Source: Candidatus Krumholzibacteriia bacterium
GTDB taxonomy: Bacteria; Krumholzibacteriota; Krumholzibacteriia; WVZY01
DNA length: 10,091 nucleotides
NCBI GenBank assembly: GCA_036478295.1
Contig: JAZGDW010000261.1
Span: forward strand, 1-10,091
Direction: 5' to 3'
The translations under genes and the position numbers were made by a program. The notes beneath the pieces are model-generated. The model did not search any database. It saw nothing but the letters and a program-made list of their open reading frames with translations, and had not been told where the DNA came from. Within the stretch, counting starts at the first letter, position 1; each line of letters opens with the position of its first letter. Positions 7,398 to 10,091 of this stretch are shown piece after piece.

Positions 7398-8333
7398 CTA
7401 GCCCTTGCGCTCGAGTTTGACCCGGGGGTCGACCCACGCGTACAGCAGATCGACCAGTAGATTGACGGTCATGAAAACCACGGCCATGAAGAACACGGCT
7501 CCCTGAATCGCCGGCACGTCGCGCTTGAGGATCGCGTCCAGCGTAAACCTGCCAAGACCCGGCCAGGCGAAGATGGATTCGGTGAGCACCGCGCCGCTGA
7601 GATAGCTGCCGAAGTCCGTTCCCACCACGGTGACCACGGGCAGCAGCGCGTTTCTCAATCCGTGGGCGAACACAGTCCGCAACTCGGACACGCCCTTGGC
7701 CCGCGCCGTCTGCATGTACTGCTCGTGCACCACATCGAGCATGCTGGAACGTGTAATCCGCGCCACGTAGGCGGTCGATGCCTGGGCGAGCGTGAACGCC
7801 GGCAGAATCATGTACTTGAAACTCCCGCCGCCGTAACCGGACGGGGGCAAAAGACCGAGTTTCATGGAAAAAAAGTAGATCAAGATGACGCCAAGCCAGA
7901 AAACCGGCATGGATATGCCAACAATCGTGACGCCCATCGTCACGTAGTCAAACGCGGTACGCCACTTCCACGCGGCCACCACCCCGACGCTGACACCCAC
8001 CACGACCGAGATCAACATCGCAAAAAGAGAGAGGCGAAACGTAAATGGGAAACGCTCTCGTACCGACTCCAGGACGGGCCGCCCGGTAACGTAGGAGTTG
8101 CCGAAATCCAGGCGCGCGAGCCCCACCATGAAGTGTCCGTACTGTACGAACAACGGATCATCAAGATGCATCTCGCGCCGCAGTTGGTCGATGGTGGCCT
8201 GATCGTAGCGCTCCCCAACCATGCTGAGCACCGGATCGCCGGGGAGGACGTAAACCAGAAAGAACGAGACGGTTGCCACACCGATAAGGACGGGAACGAA
8301 AAGAAGAATGCGTTTTACGGCGTAACTCAGCAC
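7398..8333 (-). CDS. dppB: Peptide/nickel ABC transporter permease, DppB/OppB family
   Basis: LPGDP, LDFGNS, SMPVFWLG, ARITRSSMLDV, YMQTARAKG, HGLRNALLPV, TESIFAWPGLG, NLLVDLLYAWVDPRV. Likely start GTG 8333, just after the dppA stop. Confidence 0.93.
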   Translation of the reverse strand: MLSYAVKRILLFVPVLIGVATVSFFLVYVLPGDPVLSMVGERYDQATIDQLRREMHLDDPLFVQYGHFMVGLARLDFGNSYVTGRPVLESVRERFPFTFRLSLFAMLISVVVGVSVGVVAAWKWRTAFDYVTMGVTIVGISMPVFWLGVILIYFFSMKLGLLPPSGYGGGSFKYMILPAFTLAQASTAYVARITRSSMLDVVHEQYMQTARAKGVSELRTVFAHGLRNALLPVVTVVGTDFGSYLSGAVLTESIFAWPGLGRFTLDAILKRDVPAIQGAVFFMAVVFMTVNLLVDLLYAWVDPRVKLERKG

Positions 8334-8338
8334 CGGCG

Positions 8339-9907
8339 TCAGTGATTCCCTTTCGAGAGTTTCTGAACCGACGAAAAATCCTCGCCCAGGTAAACCACCG
8401 GAAACACGTAGTTCTCGATCCGGGGGGACACGGCGAGGAAAGTCGTTGGAAAGTAGAGGTAGATCCACGGGGCGAGCTCATAGACGAGGCTGTCGGCCGA
8501 TGCGTACAGTCGCAACCCGGCTTCCGGCTCATCGGTTCGCTGGGCCCGTTCGATCAGTTCATCGACCCGGGGCTCGTTGATGAACGCCCGATTGCCACCC
8601 GGTCCTGCGTTCTGTGAGTGGAAAAGGGGAAACAAGAAATTCTCGGCGTCCGGATAATCCGCGTACCAGTCGAGAAAAAAAGCGTCCACCCGACCCTGAC
8701 TCACCGCCTCCTTGAACGCGCTCCATTCCCGCTTGACGATCGTGACCGTCACCCCTGCCTGGAGCAGGTAGCCCTGCACCGCTTCGACCAGGCGGTTGCC
8801 TTCGGGGCTGTCCCGCTGCCAGATTTCCATGGCGAACCCTTCCCCGAACCCCGCCTCGGCGAGCAGCCGCCTGGCCTGCGCCGGGTCGTAGGGGTAGGCA
8901 TCCCGCTCGCGGAAGCCCCCGAGCGACGGAGGTATGGCGCCCGCCGCGCGCGTCGCGTGTCCCTGGTACAGGACGTTGATCAACTGGTCCACGTCGACGG
9001 CCATGTTGAGCGCACGCCGTACGCGGGCGTCCCGCAGTGGACCCCGGTTGTTGTTGAGACCGATGTAGAGAACGCGCAGTTCCGGCCTGGACTGCAGACG
9101 ATCTTTCCATTGATCGTCCTGGAGAAACCGGGACAGCTCGGCTAGGGGCACCTTCAACATATCCAGCGTTCCCGCCTCGAACTCTGCGATGCGGGTGAAT
9201 GCCTCCGGTATGATGCGAAATCGGAGCTCGTCGAGAGCCGGCTTCGACCCCGGATAGTGCGGGTTCGGAACCAGCGACAAGTAGTCACCCCGGTTCCAGG
9301 CGGCAAGCCGCCACGGACCGGACCCCAGCGGTTCGGCGGCGAAGCCGTCACCCGCCTCCTCGGCGAGGTCCACGGGCACGATGCTCGCCGCCGGCATGGC
9401 GAGCAGCTGCAGAAAGGGCCGGAACGGTTCTTCGAGTTCGATGGTGACCGTCGAATCATCCGGCGCCGCCAGTCCCGACACGGAGCTTGCGACACCGCGC
9501 GTAAAGGAGCCGGCCCCCCTGATGCGGGCGAGGACCCATTGCCTCGACGAGCGGCTGCTCGGCCCGAGCACGCGGCCAAAACTCGCGACCACGTCTGAGG
9601 AGAGGACTCTTCGGCCGCTGGAGAAACGCGCCCGCGGATCGAGGTGGAACACGTAGCGTCTTCCAGAGTCCAGCATTTCCCACGAGGCCGCCGCGTCCGG
9701 AACCACGTCGCCTTCGGGCGAGAAGCGAACGAGCCGCTGGAAAATCAATGAGCAGAGCTGTCCCTCGGCGACGTCGACGACCAGGGCGGGATCGAGTTTG
9801 TTCGGTGAAGTCTCGAGGGCGAGGTGAAGTGTATTGTCGACCGCCGCTTCCTGCGAGCATCCGAGGAGACAAACGGCAAGCAGCGATCCGAGAATCTGCT
9901 TTTTCAA
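8339..9907 (-). CDS. dppA: Peptide ABC transporter substrate-binding lipoprotein, SBP family 5 (DppA/OppA-like)
   Basis: TTG start overlapping the upstream stop; lipoprotein signal MKKQILGSLLAVCLLG-C; family 5 motifs LDP, PLGSGPW, RVRRALNMAVD, YDPAQARRLLAEAG, WYADYPDAENFL. Confidence 0.92.
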   Translation of the reverse strand: MKKQILGSLLAVCLLGCSQEAAVDNTLHLALETSPNKLDPALVVDVAEGQLCSLIFQRLVRFSPEGDVVPDAAASWEMLDSGRRYVFHLDPRARFSSGRRVLSSDVVASFGRVLGPSSRSSRQWVLARIRGAGSFTRGVASSVSGLAAPDDSTVTIELEEPFRPFLQLLAMPAASIVPVDLAEEAGDGFAAEPLGSGPWRLAAWNRGDYLSLVPNPHYPGSKPALDELRFRIIPEAFTRIAEFEAGTLDMLKVPLAELSRFLQDDQWKDRLQSRPELRVLYIGLNNNRGPLRDARVRRALNMAVDVDQLINVLYQGHATRAAGAIPPSLGGFRERDAYPYDPAQARRLLAEAGFGEGFAMEIWQRDSPEGNRLVEAVQGYLLQAGVTVTIVKREWSAFKEAVSQGRVDAFFLDWYADYPDAENFLFPLFHSQNAGPGGNRAFINEPRVDELIERAQRTDEPEAGLRLYASADSLVYELAPWIYLYFPTTFLAVSPRIENYVFPVVYLGEDFSSVQKLSKGNH

Positions 9908-10091
9908 AACGCACTCGTTTGCGTAAGCCTGTATTCGCCTAAACCAAACCGGTCGAAGAAAACAAACGTCTTGTTATCCTGATAGTATCTCCAAATCAAG
10001 TAACTGCCCTGCAAATATGGATCCGACCTCACTTCGATCTCGTCCGGCTCGCCGTGTTTGATGTAAATACGACCACGATCGCTGCTCCAGC
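9904..10091 (-). CDS. GWxTD-domain protein, C-terminal fragment (starts beyond the window)
   Basis: Manual translation from 10089: WSSDRGRIYIKHGEPDEIEVRSDPYLQGSYLIWRYYQDNKTFVFFDRFGLGEYRLTQTSAF*, matching the family pattern GWxTDRGRIYIxxGxPD...W.Y...F.F.D..G.G.Y.L. Stop TGA 9906-9904. Not in the ORF track. Confidence 0.88.
   Translation of the reverse strand, partial: WSSDRGRIYIKHGEPDEIEVRSDPYLQGSYLIWRYYQDNKTFVFFDRFGLGEYRLTQTSAF

Noticed and set aside
5316..9942. Remaining alternative-frame and antisense ORFs over nlpC and dppABC (e.g. 5348..6097, 6829..7401, 7662..8345, 8618..9145)
   Set aside because: They overlap well-supported genes, have low-complexity Arg/Gly/Pro-rich composition and show no motifs.
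9908..10091. AT-richer stretch upstream of dppA as a promoter region
   Set aside because: It is fully coding (GWxTD C-terminus) and I found no well-spaced -35/-10 pair on the minus strand.

Overview
GC-rich bacterial chromosomal window, most likely from a diderm (inference from an outer-membrane beta-barrel and a GWxTD-domain gene; possibly an FCB-group lineage). It is mainly a cell-envelope and housekeeping region with no mobile element, CRISPR array or RNA gene. Left to right: truncated mreB and radC (minus); divergent promoters; aspartokinase lysC (plus) with a strong internal in-frame start for a beta subunit; rhomboid protease-TPR fusion (minus) with a candidate sigma54 promoter; an abundant-porin-like beta-barrel (minus) with its own strong promoter, ~290-nt structured leader, internal G10 tract and terminator; and a compact minus-strand operon of a GWxTD-domain protein (partial, missed by the ORF track), peptide ABC binding lipoprotein, two permeases and an SH3-NlpC/P60 (YkfC-like) peptidase, with no ATPase genes. 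The most interesting points are the GWxTD gene coupled to a probable murein-peptide recycling operon, and the porin with its unusual leader. No clear wholly new system can be demonstrated from the sequence alone.
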